A stretch of DNA of 64,000 bases. Source: Giardia intestinalis (lineage: Eukaryota). Where the stretch lies: NCBI GenBank assembly GCA_000002435.2, contig CM018789.1. The stretch is one strand, 5' to 3'. Each line of letters opens with the position of its first letter. Positions within the stretch are counted from its first letter, which is position 1. Below are positions 55,001 to 64,000 of this stretch, piece by piece. Below the pieces are notes generated by a model, which saw only the letters and a list, made by a program, of their open reading frames with translations, was not told the origin of the DNA and did not search any database. The position numbers and the translations under genes were made by a program.

Positions 55001-56598
55001 ACAGCGTCAGAGCTTTCTTTTATCCGTGCGATCCCTTCGTGAACATCTATGACACTCTTCCTTTCCTTGATATTTAACATTATATCCTTGAGATTGTTTG
55101 CAGTTACATACAGCCGTTTGGAGCCGGTTTCCGGCCAATAGGTTGATTTGACCTTTGCACAGTCCAGATTATGGTGCTCTTTTTTAATATCTTGGTTGTC
55201 TATACTTGTTTCAGGATACTGATTGCTTTGTTGTCCTGAGACTAGATATCGTTCCAGTTTGCAAACGGCAGCACTTGCGTCCTCAAGAAGAACAGCTACT
55301 GCGCATCTGCTTTCATTCCATGTCTCGAAAATCATCTCCGCTTCTATAGTTGTCTTAGAACCAATGCTTTGTAATTGATCGAAAAGAGCCCTGTTACCCT
55401 GCTCTATAGCGTCTACAAGATCATCTGAGGAGAGTGTTTGGAAGATAGCGACGGGGAACAACATATCACACTCTGCCTTATGCAGTGCAGAGTAGCTACG
55501 GGCACAGTCGGTGCAGCAGCCAATTGCGCAGCCGCAGCGATGGCAGATAGTGTAGCTTTCCACAGACATCGAACTGCATACAGGACACGCGATGGGTGTC
55601 ACCACATCGCGGCATGCTTTCGTAATGACAGAAATCTGAGCTTGAAGCGGCATGTCAATCCACATAAGAAGATCGTGTCTGAGAGTGTCCAAAAGTAGAC
55701 TGTATGCTTTGATAACAGCATAATGATCTTGTGCATACTCATAGCAGTTATGTGTAGACTGGTTGGGTGGAAGAGGTACACCATAGTCACCAACACCCAT
55801 ACTCGTGAGCTGCTCCTCTGACCAGCCAATTGGCATTCTATTGTCTTTATGCTGTCGCTTAGCCCTCTGTGCTATGGGGAGCCTAGCATTTTGATACGCA
55901 GGAGGTAGTCTAAGACTTTTTAGCTCACCAATCCTAGTATCACATTCCTGTCCAATCTGTTCAAGAATTAAATCTGAGCCTTCCTCATCAGTGTACTCCC
56001 TCTTGGTGCGTGGATCAATGGAGTGCTTAAGGCTCACTGCCAACAGAAGTGAGCGATTGGCAAGAGAGGTGTAAATATTAGTGAGCGCTTTAAACGGACA
56101 AAGTGCGTTTCTGTGTGCTGCTCGATGCTGCAAGGTGCTTTCGTTAACACGACTAGTAACAAGAATATCTGAAATGCTCAAACAGTAAGGATCATCGGCC
56201 AGTTTCCGGGGAAGAATAAAGATTTGAAAAGCTTTGGTCTGAACCATGTTTAGAAGGGATTCGATAGCCATGTCATGCATAACTGTCCTGAATTGATTGC
56301 TATTCAGAAAGGCAACTTCCAACTTAAGTATCACCGGTTGAAAAAGGTCGTTAAATGTCAGTCCACTGGAAAGCAGACATGTTATTTGGGTACTAATTGA
56401 CTTATCTGTTATTCCAATAGCAGGACTGGCTGTGCACTTGATTTTAGGAGTTGCCTCTGTTCTAATTCTAAACGCCACTCCTGACCGTTTAACAGTGGTC
56501 TTGAAAGAGCAGGATATCGTGTTTCTGATTGTCTCAATGGAAAGAAAGCGGCCATATTCGCTGTCAAATACAAATATTACACGCTCATTGTGGAGCAT
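52051..56598 (-). CDS. Hypothetical protein (1,515 aa) with a Cys/His-rich zinc-finger-like cluster
   Basis: ATG-initiated long ORF. The cluster reads CPVCSSMSVESYTICHRCGCAIGCCTDCARSYSALHKAEC. The protein has extensive predicted coiled coil. Confidence 0.6.
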   Translation of the reverse strand: MLHNERVIFVFDSEYGRFLSIETIRNTISCSFKTTVKRSGVAFRIRTEATPKIKCTASPAIGITDKSISTQITCLLSSGLTFNDLFQPVILKLEVAFLNSNQFRTVMHDMAIESLLNMVQTKAFQIFILPRKLADDPYCLSISDILVTSRVNESTLQHRAAHRNALCPFKALTNIYTSLANRSLLLAVSLKHSIDPRTKREYTDEEGSDLILEQIGQECDTRIGELKSLRLPPAYQNARLPIAQRAKRQHKDNRMPIGWSEEQLTSMGVGDYGVPLPPNQSTHNCYEYAQDHYAVIKAYSLLLDTLRHDLLMWIDMPLQAQISVITKACRDVVTPIACPVCSSMSVESYTICHRCGCAIGCCTDCARSYSALHKAECDMLFPVAIFQTLSSDDLVDAIEQGNRALFDQLQSIGSKTTIEAEMIFETWNESRCAVAVLLEDASAAVCKLERYLVSGQQSNQYPETSIDNQDIKKEHHNLDCAKVKSTYWPETGSKRLYVTANNLKDIMLNIKERKSVIDVHEGIARIKESSDAVRDFLVENVGDEDENVRAILEFLLDNKSIFPEIFTEMISRMRYAYMEQLMLLKEKIMEVEEEILSMDYQDQVHRFEFIECVSTFVNLLRSLPLRALPSFLETQTVVEQAFISEDGRTICAQPGDINESVQHTSDTSLQEMFIELTDSAVSIVRHEFDRIDKATTEEGATSQCTNNLKNSQMKQIEVRHLKSLAIKPQILQLLSEVQSIGMLQFKGSTIKRSTDLSALGIEEKQFPKENFISYCEAMKEMQTMLGELRVYCPHGINALCPIYKDSIRDWPLMPVKFSVTEEQMSNAYDVAAFLEAKLSQMSDLLDAITNESRAIQAKIGGKTKQLKQFKSEFNQIVAKNESFVGQIDRRNGARQNQYLQLPSLPLDLRQTSAKSVGSGYARLTNYLIQDILSVSSRQADRIMTLLPQEKIKELKEVCGTYVCRKHSLLFLAASGKCQHILSVYIRNGIFYPHSQAALSSRQEQKSRARRNSIAINLNKEADNYLEGQASTPQTGFLTPKHKAGQPYGRFPLNSDHSKGAPLTQYAEQVLRQKLTRKRVDKLPSPASARPCPHPPKDSENSSNALYNIQSISAQVDETICSNMYDTNQSTWKTASSPASSVPNNGVYDTSQLLIQRGIIGARDDLEKYTCELNILYPSLTRALAYDEFVSGIEHACRRPINIDVFTAENEFRATQFLVVKEQEEKDINSTIVHSENDIKEQQSAILPHPPMLGLPPRPKSVPGLSLPFACNKASNITTSSITESERPQSGVLKKRRSIKSALCQRELAKRAAELKQAYEQTIKDFPSGDTELPAIRREIAEFRSRFIDALTGADATLSDLVKLRYTAYKTINRRLKRTVARTTEHTVQKHGEKSTSSVHLQSCLARMKEQAITNDIAKLKEVISSSAALSTLPVSLRNYFRSWLEVESEANNLFTYVDKKIALKLSSKSQDHKHIARISSRAIDANIHGWSVCIDFGVLAGAEYRLLALFDLLPF

Positions 56599-57202
56599 TC
56601 AGTTTTACTTCCGGAATCTTTACTGCGGTTTGCTACTCTCTTTAGTGAGATACCCGTTTACTCGTCGTTTCACTGGGGTGAGGTTGTCCCCTGCTACCTG
56701 ACCAGGTCCTCCATGCGAGCCACCGCCGCCCTAGGCTGACAACCTCTCGCTCGTTCACTAGCTGAGACCCAGAATCCGAAAGTCGGATGTCGTCCAGTTC
56801 TGACGGGGAAGATTTATGCCCCCTCCCTCGAGGTGATAGCGAATGCAGATGAGCGTTCGAGGCTGGTAATGGCACCAATCACTCGCCCCGCTTGTCGAGA
56901 TGGACCCGCACGTGACCCATGTGAATCCCTCGGCAAGAGATGGGAGCCCTGGGGTGCTTGGCTAACAGAGGCGGATTGATCCTGACCGTACCGAAGAGTG
57001 GTGACCTGGGCCACCTGCCGGGTGTCTGCTGCAGCAACTGGCAGTGCCTGACATCCTTGAGTGGACAGGCGCCGGTTGTAGAGAGACGACCAAGCGGTGA
57101 ACCGGCCCTGATCGCTCCTGGTGCCTCGGATGACGCCTCTTAGAGAGGTGACCCTGGACCGACGCCTCGGTGGACCGACGCATCACCCCAAGTGTGCTGT
57201 GC

Positions 57203-57466
57203 AGATGGACCAGCCCACAGGTCAGCTAAGCCAGACACGCTGCACAGGGTGAGCGTCGATGTGATCTCGTGCTGGGTGACGGAGCACCTCTGCGATCCAT
57301 GAACAGAGGACTGGACCTCTCCCCTGATACCAGCGCATGGGAGTACTCCGCCGGCATCTACGAACGCGTACTATGACTCCAGGATAGAGGCATACGGGGA
57401 GCGCACCCTCCCGGTCATACTCGGGACTGATGGTGCCCTCCACGAAGAGACGAAGAGGCACCCCGA
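57203..57466 (+). repeat. Copy 2 of the dispersed roughly 260-bp GC-rich repeat. It lies inside a 1.25-kb GC-rich gene-free island (56599-57847).
   Basis: See copy 1 (2419..2681). The blocks occur in the same order and orientation, at an estimated 70-80% identity by eye. Only short ORFs overlap it, in several frames. Confidence 0.6.
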
Positions 57467-57847
57467 GGAACGGGGTAGACACCCGGGGTCGTGGCGTGGG
57501 ATCTTCGTCATGGAGCACCAGGGTCCCGGGCCACGTGGAGGCCAGACTGCTGTGACCGACGCAAGGCCCGAGACAGCAAGTGCTCACTAGATGCCAGACA
57601 GTAGCTGATCTCATGGGATCTGAGTGAAGAAGTGAAAGGCCCAAACCAATATCGCGAAGGACAGAATAATGACTTCCAGACCGAGGGAGCAGATACTTCC
57701 CCTTTTCCCCAGAACTACATCATTCAGATCTTGGATTCTGAATGCAATGAACAAGGATACAGTTAAATGTGGTGGCTTGCGGATGAATTTACTGGCGTAA
57801 ATTCCTTGAAAAACCAAATTTAAGATAAAATCCGAAAAATCTCGAGA

Positions 57848-59350
57848 ATGTTTCTAGGATGCAACAAATACGACCCTACCATAAGCCATGAGCTGAACAT
57901 GCGCCGACGAGATGAATCTCAACGGCAATTCTACGAAGCGACCGTCAAAGAGGATTTTAACAATCGCTGTCTAGCAGAGTTTGAACACCGCTCAATTATT
58001 AAGGGCAAGATAGCGTATGTGAATATGCGTATGGCAGACCTTATACAGAAGAACAAAATGGCTATCGAGGGGCGTCGTGCAGCCCTTAAGAAACTTTACG
58101 ACGCAGAATTTCGTGCCTATCAGGATGCTGTAAAGGCCTCTATTCCAACAGAAGAAGATAAAATACGGGCTATGGAAGCAGAATATGCGTCCGTCATTCA
58201 GAGAAATACTGCTGTGAAGAATCAAAGAGTTGACGTGGCTCGCGAGAGGCAATGGGAGATCAATTGTGATGAGCTCCGATCAGCAGCCTCTATGCTAAAT
58301 GCCCGTGCTTGCAAGCTAGCATGGGACGTTGCGAACTGCGAACGTGTGCAGAAGCGCCAGCGTGACCGAGAAGAGAAAGCTGCATGGCAAAAACAGGTGA
58401 ATGACAACCATGCTAATTTCCTCAAGGATGAGGAAAGCAGGATCGCTGGCGAACACGAGCGCATGATGAAGAACAGACAAGAGCTAGAGCAGCAGTTGAC
58501 AGAACGGGAGAGACAGAAGGCAGAGGAAGCGTATCAACGGGCTCTTGAAAATGAGAAGTGGAACGAAAACCGCAGACTTGGGGACGAGATAGACAAGCTT
58601 GAGCGCGAAAAACAGGAGCAGGAGAAGTTCTATAATCAGCAACAGCTCCTAATGCGTATGCACATCGAAAACCTCCAACGTGCGCACAACAAAGAAGTGA
58701 GTAGAAATGATGGAAAAGAGATGATGGCTAAAATAGAGGCCGAGATACGTGAGGAAGCTGAACGAGACCGCAAAAATAAGGAAAACCTTAGAAATGAGCA
58801 ACTCCTCTACTTAGAAATCTTGAGAGCCAGAAAGGAAAAGGCCTTAATGGAATCCAAAGCCAGGGATGACTACTTAATGGGCTTAATGCTCGATGCAGAA
58901 AAGAGACTGTCTCAGCGGGAGCACGACGATTTGCAGCGCCGTAAGCGCATGGCAGAAGATTGTAAGGACTTCAATTATAGCCGCATGAACTCTGGGGCAG
59001 AGGTGAAGGAGGCAGCGAAGCGTGAAAAGGAAGCTGAGCTGGCTGCTGCATTGGCTGACTTGGAGGCCTTTGAAAAAGAAAAGCTGGAAGAGCTAAAGAA
59101 GCAATATGACGAGGCAAAGCGCTTTGAAGAGTTTCTGCTGATGCAGTCAGACGAACACAAACAGCGGATCCAGGCAGAAAAGGATGCAGAAGCTAAATAT
59201 CAACAAAGAAAGAAGGATGAAGCTGCTGCAGACATGCAGAGAATTAATGCAAGACTAGGGTCACTAGAATCAAAGATAAGAGAAGTCAATGAGGTCCAAT
59301 TCTGGGACAATGAACGCCCAAGGCCAAAGAAACAGTGGTACAACGTGTGA
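57848..59350 (+). CDS. Coiled-coil protein with a Glu/Arg/Lys-rich trichohyalin-plectin-homology-like region. It is possibly axonemal (MNS1/CFAP53-like).
   Basis: The 500-aa protein is dominated by ER/K-rich heptad repeat sequence such as ERERQKAEEAYQRALENEKWNENRRLGDEIDKLEREKQEQEKF. The ATG is preceded by AAATTTAAGATAAAATCCGAAAAATCTCGAGA. Confidence 0.5.
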   Translation: MFLGCNKYDPTISHELNMRRRDESQRQFYEATVKEDFNNRCLAEFEHRSIIKGKIAYVNMRMADLIQKNKMAIEGRRAALKKLYDAEFRAYQDAVKASIPTEEDKIRAMEAEYASVIQRNTAVKNQRVDVARERQWEINCDELRSAASMLNARACKLAWDVANCERVQKRQRDREEKAAWQKQVNDNHANFLKDEESRIAGEHERMMKNRQELEQQLTERERQKAEEAYQRALENEKWNENRRLGDEIDKLEREKQEQEKFYNQQQLLMRMHIENLQRAHNKEVSRNDGKEMMAKIEAEIREEAERDRKNKENLRNEQLLYLEILRARKEKALMESKARDDYLMGLMLDAEKRLSQREHDDLQRRKRMAEDCKDFNYSRMNSGAEVKEAAKREKEAELAAALADLEAFEKEKLEELKKQYDEAKRFEEFLLMQSDEHKQRIQAEKDAEAKYQQRKKDEAAADMQRINARLGSLESKIREVNEVQFWDNERPRPKKQWYNV

Positions 59351-59368
59351 ATTCAGGACAATCACTCC

Positions 59369-61246
59369 TTATTTTAATCGGCGACTCTCAACTCTGGTTT
59401 CAAAGATTAGGAGTTGAAGTTCGAAAATAACCAGCGGAAGCAATACAACGCCACAAATGCACAAGATTATGTCGGCTATTAATAAAGGATAAGAAAAGTC
59501 AGAGAACTGCTTTTGGAGCTCCCATATGTAAACAAGTGCGACACACCCTGCTGTTAGTGAGATGAACTTCACTGTAGAGCCAATCAATATACGCCCACGT
59601 TGCTCCAAAAATGCATCTACCATATAGAAAAGGCTAAGGAGCGGTGATAACAAGGCTTCCAGTCGGAGAATTGTAGTATTATCCGACAGTTCGGACTTTG
59701 TGAGTTGCAGACCAAGCTCTAAATAATATTTAGTAAATTGTGGAGACAATAGAAGGTAAAAGATTGCACCAAGTAGACTAGAGATAGTAAGTGCTATAAA
59801 GAGGTAGTAGTAAAATGCAATGGCTATCTTTCTATAGTGCTTATCACGCGAGTTAAAAAAGTAGATCTGCTTGAAGATATACGAAATGGGGATAGTAAGA
59901 GAAAGAAGGGCTTGCCTCACAAAGACGTAGACTCCACAAATATTAATGTTGAGAAGAAAAAGATTGATATCCTTAATATTTATATAAAGAAACACGATAA
60001 TAAAAAGGGCCAAACCAACATGACCGAGCCTACTCAACCAGCGATAAAATAAATCTATCATAAGAGTAATAAGCAACTTAGTATTTTTGGGAAATAGCTT
60101 GCCATACCTGAACATTAGAAGAAACGGAAGATCATGCTGGTAAGGGGTATCAGAGTATGGTCTTCGGGTGAGGATGGTCGATCTCTGAAACGCACGCAAA
60201 ACTTGGAGGTGAGATGCAGTCTCCTGAGATGGGAGAGCCGCAACATCGTGCTTCCTAATGAGAGAGACAGTAGTAAGCTTTTCTGAGGCAGCAGAATGAA
60301 AGCTTCCAGAGGTGCTAGCGAATTGAAGATCATATGGGAAATGTTGCTCTTGGGGCGGTGTGATGACAGTATTCAGTTCTATCGGAAATCTATGATTATA
60401 GCACTCTTTGTAAGATTCATAAGAAAACATGCGCAGAACGTTTAAGCACAGAAAGATCGAATCTGGAATTAATATGGCTATGATAATCGGGTAGAGAAAC
60501 ACTGAGCCGCTGAAGTATTTCGGCACGATGGTGAGTAGAGAATGCTGATCATCACTCGAGTCGTCTATAAGAGTACTGTACAGAAGTGGAAACAGATACC
60601 CCAAGCTAAGAAGTACGGCTGTACCAAAGTAGCTGATAAGGCGCTGGATTGTTATCACAAAGAAAAAACCTGTCCTTTCCAGAAGGGCATTTGATAGATG
60701 AAGGAAAGGGGAAACAAACGGAGCGATAGTAAGATAGATAGACAAATCCTTGAACGAGTACTCATACTTAGATCTAAAGTATGGGGTAATATAAACTTGC
60801 TTAAAGAGAAGACCGACAATGAACATGACCAATGAATAGTATAACGTCATGAATATGGAGAGAGAATAGAAGCGGTGCACATCTTCAATATCATTATGCT
60901 CGTGCATTAGTCCCTCGGTTATCTGCAGAACGATATTATCCCCCAGAAGCTCTAACGGTAAGGTCAGGAAAGAATAGTGGAAAAGAAGTAAGGTGTCTAG
61001 TGCCCCTACAGTTGCATACGGGGCCATCTGGACAGTGCTGATGTGTACATATATGGTGAGAAGACTGGAGAGAAGAGACGTGAGACCAAGTATGGGGAAT
61101 TTGTACCAAAGCAGGCGATGAAGTGACTGCTTGAGAAATGTCTGCCTCGTCTCTTCCCCGCGGAGAATCATCAAGCTTCCTGTTTCCATAATCCACTCCT
61201 GGAGGAACTTTGCATCAAATCCCGCTCCAGATTCTAATTTGGCCAT
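59369..61246 (-). CDS. Polytopic membrane protein (625 aa, about 12 predicted transmembrane helices), function unknown
   Basis: ATG-initiated ORF preceded by CAGAAATAAATCCAGACTTTTTATCT. Hydrophobic helices occur throughout. No diagnostic motif such as WWDYG or DxD was recognised. Confidence 0.6.
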   Translation of the reverse strand: MAKLESGAGFDAKFLQEWIMETGSLMILRGEETRQTFLKQSLHRLLWYKFPILGLTSLLSSLLTIYVHISTVQMAPYATVGALDTLLLFHYSFLTLPLELLGDNIVLQITEGLMHEHNDIEDVHRFYSLSIFMTLYYSLVMFIVGLLFKQVYITPYFRSKYEYSFKDLSIYLTIAPFVSPFLHLSNALLERTGFFFVITIQRLISYFGTAVLLSLGYLFPLLYSTLIDDSSDDQHSLLTIVPKYFSGSVFLYPIIIAILIPDSIFLCLNVLRMFSYESYKECYNHRFPIELNTVITPPQEQHFPYDLQFASTSGSFHSAASEKLTTVSLIRKHDVAALPSQETASHLQVLRAFQRSTILTRRPYSDTPYQHDLPFLLMFRYGKLFPKNTKLLITLMIDLFYRWLSRLGHVGLALFIIVFLYINIKDINLFLLNINICGVYVFVRQALLSLTIPISYIFKQIYFFNSRDKHYRKIAIAFYYYLFIALTISSLLGAIFYLLLSPQFTKYYLELGLQLTKSELSDNTTILRLEALLSPLLSLFYMVDAFLEQRGRILIGSTVKFISLTAGCVALVYIWELQKQFSDFSYPLLIADIILCICGVVLLPLVIFELQLLIFETRVESRRLK

Positions 61247-61426
61247 AGATAAAAAGTCTGGATTTATTTCTGAAAGGCACGGCTAGTGTTGGCAGCCTAG
61301 AAAGTGGTCCAACATAAATCAGTATTTGTGGCCTATAAAAGGGATCGATTGATGAACCCATTAAGTATTCAGATTTATGACGAAGGCTAGACAAAAATAA
61401 AAGTATAACTGGTTAATCGAGGAATC

Positions 61427-63283
61427 CTAGCACTTACTCTTAGTCACGGATTGTTCTAGCTCATCAATCTGCCTTGCCATGTCCAGTAGCTCCTTTTCTG
61501 TCGGTGTCGAGTCTCCCAGCTTAGCAAGGAGCTGAGAGACAAGTTCTTTCGAAGGGCCTTCTTCGATGACAGAGTTGGCGATTTTATACAGTTTCTCCTC
61601 TAATGAGTTACGCATCTGACTACGCCGTAGAGCAGTTCTTTCTAATGTTACAAGATTATTATTTATGTGTTCTAGATCCTTTCTGAAGGCCTCAAAGTAA
61701 CCAATGTCCGGTTGTGTACGTGTTATCTCCTTAATATGCTTATCATCAACACAGATAGATTCTAGGGTAATCTCACGGGAAAACGATAGTTGAAACACCA
61801 AAGCTACAGTAACAAGTTTCGACCCATGGAAGCTACTCAATCGTGGAACAACGATTTTAAATTCTGCTAGGATCTCTTTACTATCACTATGGATACGAGC
61901 CAAGAAAGCAGCATCACTGGCAACTTTAACCATTACTGACTTTTGGTCTGGGAAGTGATCTCCTGCGGAAAACACATATGTTCCCATACAATATTGCTGA
62001 GTCTCATCAGCAGACACACAATCTAAGAGAATGTTATGGAAGCAAACGTCCCGTATAGTGTAGCTAACTTTTCTAGGGAATTTGTCTAGCGTTAGTATCG
62101 CAAGCCAAGCAGCTCCCTCAGCTAAAGCAGTATCTGGATTAACTGTTTTGTCTATCTGAATGGTGTAACCTGGCCTTGCCTTCTCCTCGACTACCCGCAT
62201 TACTGCAGATCTAAGGCATGGAATGCGGCTCCCGCCGCCGGTGAACTGCAACATGGACACGTCTCTGAATATGTTTGTCGAGGCTAGGTGTGCTATTTCT
62301 GCACATAAATGCTTTGCAGAATCCTCAAACTCCGCAAGGCTTACCCCAAACGAGATTGTCTCGGCCATCTCTCCAACACCCTCCACGGTCATTACCGCAG
62401 ATCTGTTCACTGTAAGGATTTTCTTGGCTTCTCTAGCAGCTAAGAAAAGGCGGAGGGCGAGCTTTTTCGCAGGACCACTGGGGTTTTCAAACTGGAATTC
62501 GCTGTAAAGATGCCGTTGCGGTGAATTCAATAACCGCTTGAGAAAAATGTCGCAAAGACAGATGTCAAAGTCTCGTGCACCAAGCTCTGTCTGGTAATTA
62601 ATGTAGATTGTTTCCAACAACGTAGGCCCGAGTCTATAAATAGCACAGAATGAAGAGAATTCCCCGACATCTATGAGGCCCACAAGGATATTTTCGTTAT
62701 TCAAGCGATCCTTATTCTTTTGCATAAGCGTAATCAGACTGTTAGCACCCAAGGCCAAATGGGAGGAAAACATCCCAAGACATTTCTTTCCAAGGGCTTC
62801 TGTTGTTACAATAAGGCGACGAAGCTTGTGAAGCCGCCAATATGGCTGATATGTGAGAACAATGCTGTCTGAATTGTGGGATTCTTCTGCAACGAGGTCC
62901 AAAGCATGGGACAATAATGACAGAAGGAGAAACTCAGAGGGACAAGTGAGCTTATTAATGGCTATTCCAAGTGTATGATCTGAGGCTTCAGTAAAGGTTC
63001 CCCCAATATATGAACAAAAACGCAAAAATCGGGACGTACGTAAAAAAGAAGCGTCTTCAGCGGCCACGAAAGGCGCAGCTGTATACACTGACTCGTGGTG
63101 ATGAACCAATGCAGCAGCGGCCTCACTGCCATAAACTCTACCATTATCAGTGAATCTTACTGCAGTTTGCAAGAGGCGACCAGCAGTACCTAGTTGACAC
63201 AGCGACGGTCCTGTGTTACGAGCCAATACTAACCTTAGATTGCTGTTTCCCATGTCGACACAGACAATGGATGGATTAAGCAT
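61427..63283 (-). CDS. Divergent Hsp70-superfamily (actin-like ATPase) protein, possibly Hsp110/HspA14-like
   Basis: N-terminal IVCVDMGNSNLRLVLARN matches the Hsp70 phosphate-1 motif (IDLGTTNS). GLIDVGEFSSF matches the connect-1 motif. LQFTGGGSRIPCLRSAV matches the phosphate-2/adenosine motif GGSTRIP. NPDTALAEGAAWLAIL matches NPDEAVAYGAA. A C-terminal helical region follows. Confidence 0.7.
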   Translation of the reverse strand: MLNPSIVCVDMGNSNLRLVLARNTGPSLCQLGTAGRLLQTAVRFTDNGRVYGSEAAAALVHHHESVYTAAPFVAAEDASFLRTSRFLRFCSYIGGTFTEASDHTLGIAINKLTCPSEFLLLSLLSHALDLVAEESHNSDSIVLTYQPYWRLHKLRRLIVTTEALGKKCLGMFSSHLALGANSLITLMQKNKDRLNNENILVGLIDVGEFSSFCAIYRLGPTLLETIYINYQTELGARDFDICLCDIFLKRLLNSPQRHLYSEFQFENPSGPAKKLALRLFLAAREAKKILTVNRSAVMTVEGVGEMAETISFGVSLAEFEDSAKHLCAEIAHLASTNIFRDVSMLQFTGGGSRIPCLRSAVMRVVEEKARPGYTIQIDKTVNPDTALAEGAAWLAILTLDKFPRKVSYTIRDVCFHNILLDCVSADETQQYCMGTYVFSAGDHFPDQKSVMVKVASDAAFLARIHSDSKEILAEFKIVVPRLSSFHGSKLVTVALVFQLSFSREITLESICVDDKHIKEITRTQPDIGYFEAFRKDLEHINNNLVTLERTALRRSQMRNSLEEKLYKIANSVIEEGPSKELVSQLLAKLGDSTPTEKELLDMARQIDELEQSVTKSKC

Positions 63284-63386
63284 TTTAAAAGTATGCAGTC
63301 GCTAAAGCCGCGGCTTCTACAGTCTGTACAACCAACATTAGTGGGGTCCACCGAAAACTCCTCTTTTCCTAGTCAGCCTCGCTCTA

Positions 63387-64000
63387 TGGCTAGAAAACTA
63401 GCTGCCATGGGGTCTCTCAAATTCTTAGTTTATGCTATTCGGAAGGCTCTGGAAACTATGCCACAGCCTTGGGAGGCGGTCAGGTATGTGACTGTAGCAC
63501 ACCAGAAGGCGGGGGCACTGACATATATTTTGAGCAAAAGTACTTCAAGCGAACACGACCTCATTAGGCAATGGACACGTGTTTGTGACTCTATCCCAAA
63601 AGATGCTGCCCCTCCGTCTTATCCTATATTTGATGGTACAGCCCCATATATGTGCTACAGGGACAATCTGGCCTTTGCACGACCCTTGCCACTCTTCAAG
63701 ACAAATGCCATCATCAGATTTCATCGACTAAAAAATCTATGTGCTGATCTAAGTGCTACGCAGAAAATATTGCTGAGTGATTCACGTAGAAGTTTAAAGA
63801 GTCGAGATAAATTTTCGTTCGAGCAACACCTACCATCAGTATTTACTAACCTCTCCTCTTTCCATGGTGATGACAACTTTTTAATGTACCAGCACGTTTA
63901 CCTTTATCATGCTTATACAGAAGATCAGTTGCTCACTTATCCAGCCCTATACTACCCCATCTCCATGCATCCTCCAGCTAATCTCCCTATCTTTCTTTCA
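63387..64000 (+). CDS. Hypothetical protein, 3' end cut off by the window edge
   Basis: The first ATG after an in-frame TAG opens MARKLAAMGSLKFLVYAIRKALETMPQPWEAV... and the frame stays open for 614 nt to the window end. It is divergent from the Hsp70-like gene, 104 bp away. Confidence 0.4.

Noticed and set aside
59369-61246. RFT1-like flippase or OST/GPI-pathway assignment for the 625-aa polytopic protein
   Set aside because: The idea was attractive because ALG7 lies in the same window. However, there is no sequence resemblance to the RFT1 N-terminus and no WWDYG or DxD motifs. No assignment can be justified by eye.
1-64000. rRNA, tRNA, CRISPR, intact transposons and spliceosomal introns
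   Set aside because: No Giardia rRNA-like sequence, tRNA cloverleaf, array of direct repeats, retrotransposon ORF (RT or endonuclease motifs) or Giardia-type intron signal (CT(A/G)ACACACAG at the 3' end) was recognised by eye. A computational scan (tRNAscan-SE, Infernal) would be needed to exclude small RNAs.
1-64000. Reading the locus as a prokaryotic operon or defence island
   Set aside because: The gene content (VSP with a CRGKA tail, HCMP, ankyrin 21.1-like, NEK and DYRK kinases, SBDS, ALG7, V-ATPase e, annexin-like giardin) is eukaryotic and specifically Giardia-like, as are the AGTRAAY polyadenylation signals. No Shine-Dalgarno or operon logic applies.

Overview
This window is eukaryotic nuclear DNA, not a prokaryotic locus, and it is most consistent with the diplomonad Giardia intestinalis (lamblia). 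Genes are compact, apparently intron-less and on both strands, with very short intergenic spacers. Start codons sit directly behind AT-rich initiator-like elements (for example AAAAATAAAAATG), and AGTRAAY polyadenylation signals lie at or just after several stops. The window holds a variant-specific surface protein gene whose product ends ...CRGKA, and head-to-head with it a high-cysteine membrane protein gene. There is also a NEK-family kinase and an alpha-giardin (annexin)-like gene. The supplied ORF track accepts TTG/GTG/CTG as starts, so several gene starts were moved to the first ATG behind an AT-rich element. About 31 protein-coding genes are called. The best supported are the glycogen branching enzyme (GH13), ALG7 GlcNAc-1-P transferase, SBDS, thioredoxin-domain protein 9 (PhLP3), dipeptidyl-peptidase III (M49), a DYRK-family kinase, V-ATPase subunit e, an Smr-domain protein, a zf-MYND protein and a divergent Hsp70-family protein. 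The rest are hypothetical proteins. No rRNA, tRNA, CRISPR or intact transposon was recognised. Three things the gene models do not explain stand out. First, a single 11.7-kb ORF encodes a 3,902-aa protein with scattered transmembrane clusters and no recognisable enzymatic motif. Second, three GC-rich, gene-free islands of 1.2-1.9 kb sit in an otherwise tightly packed region. Third, two of those islands share a roughly 260-bp diverged repeat in the same orientation.
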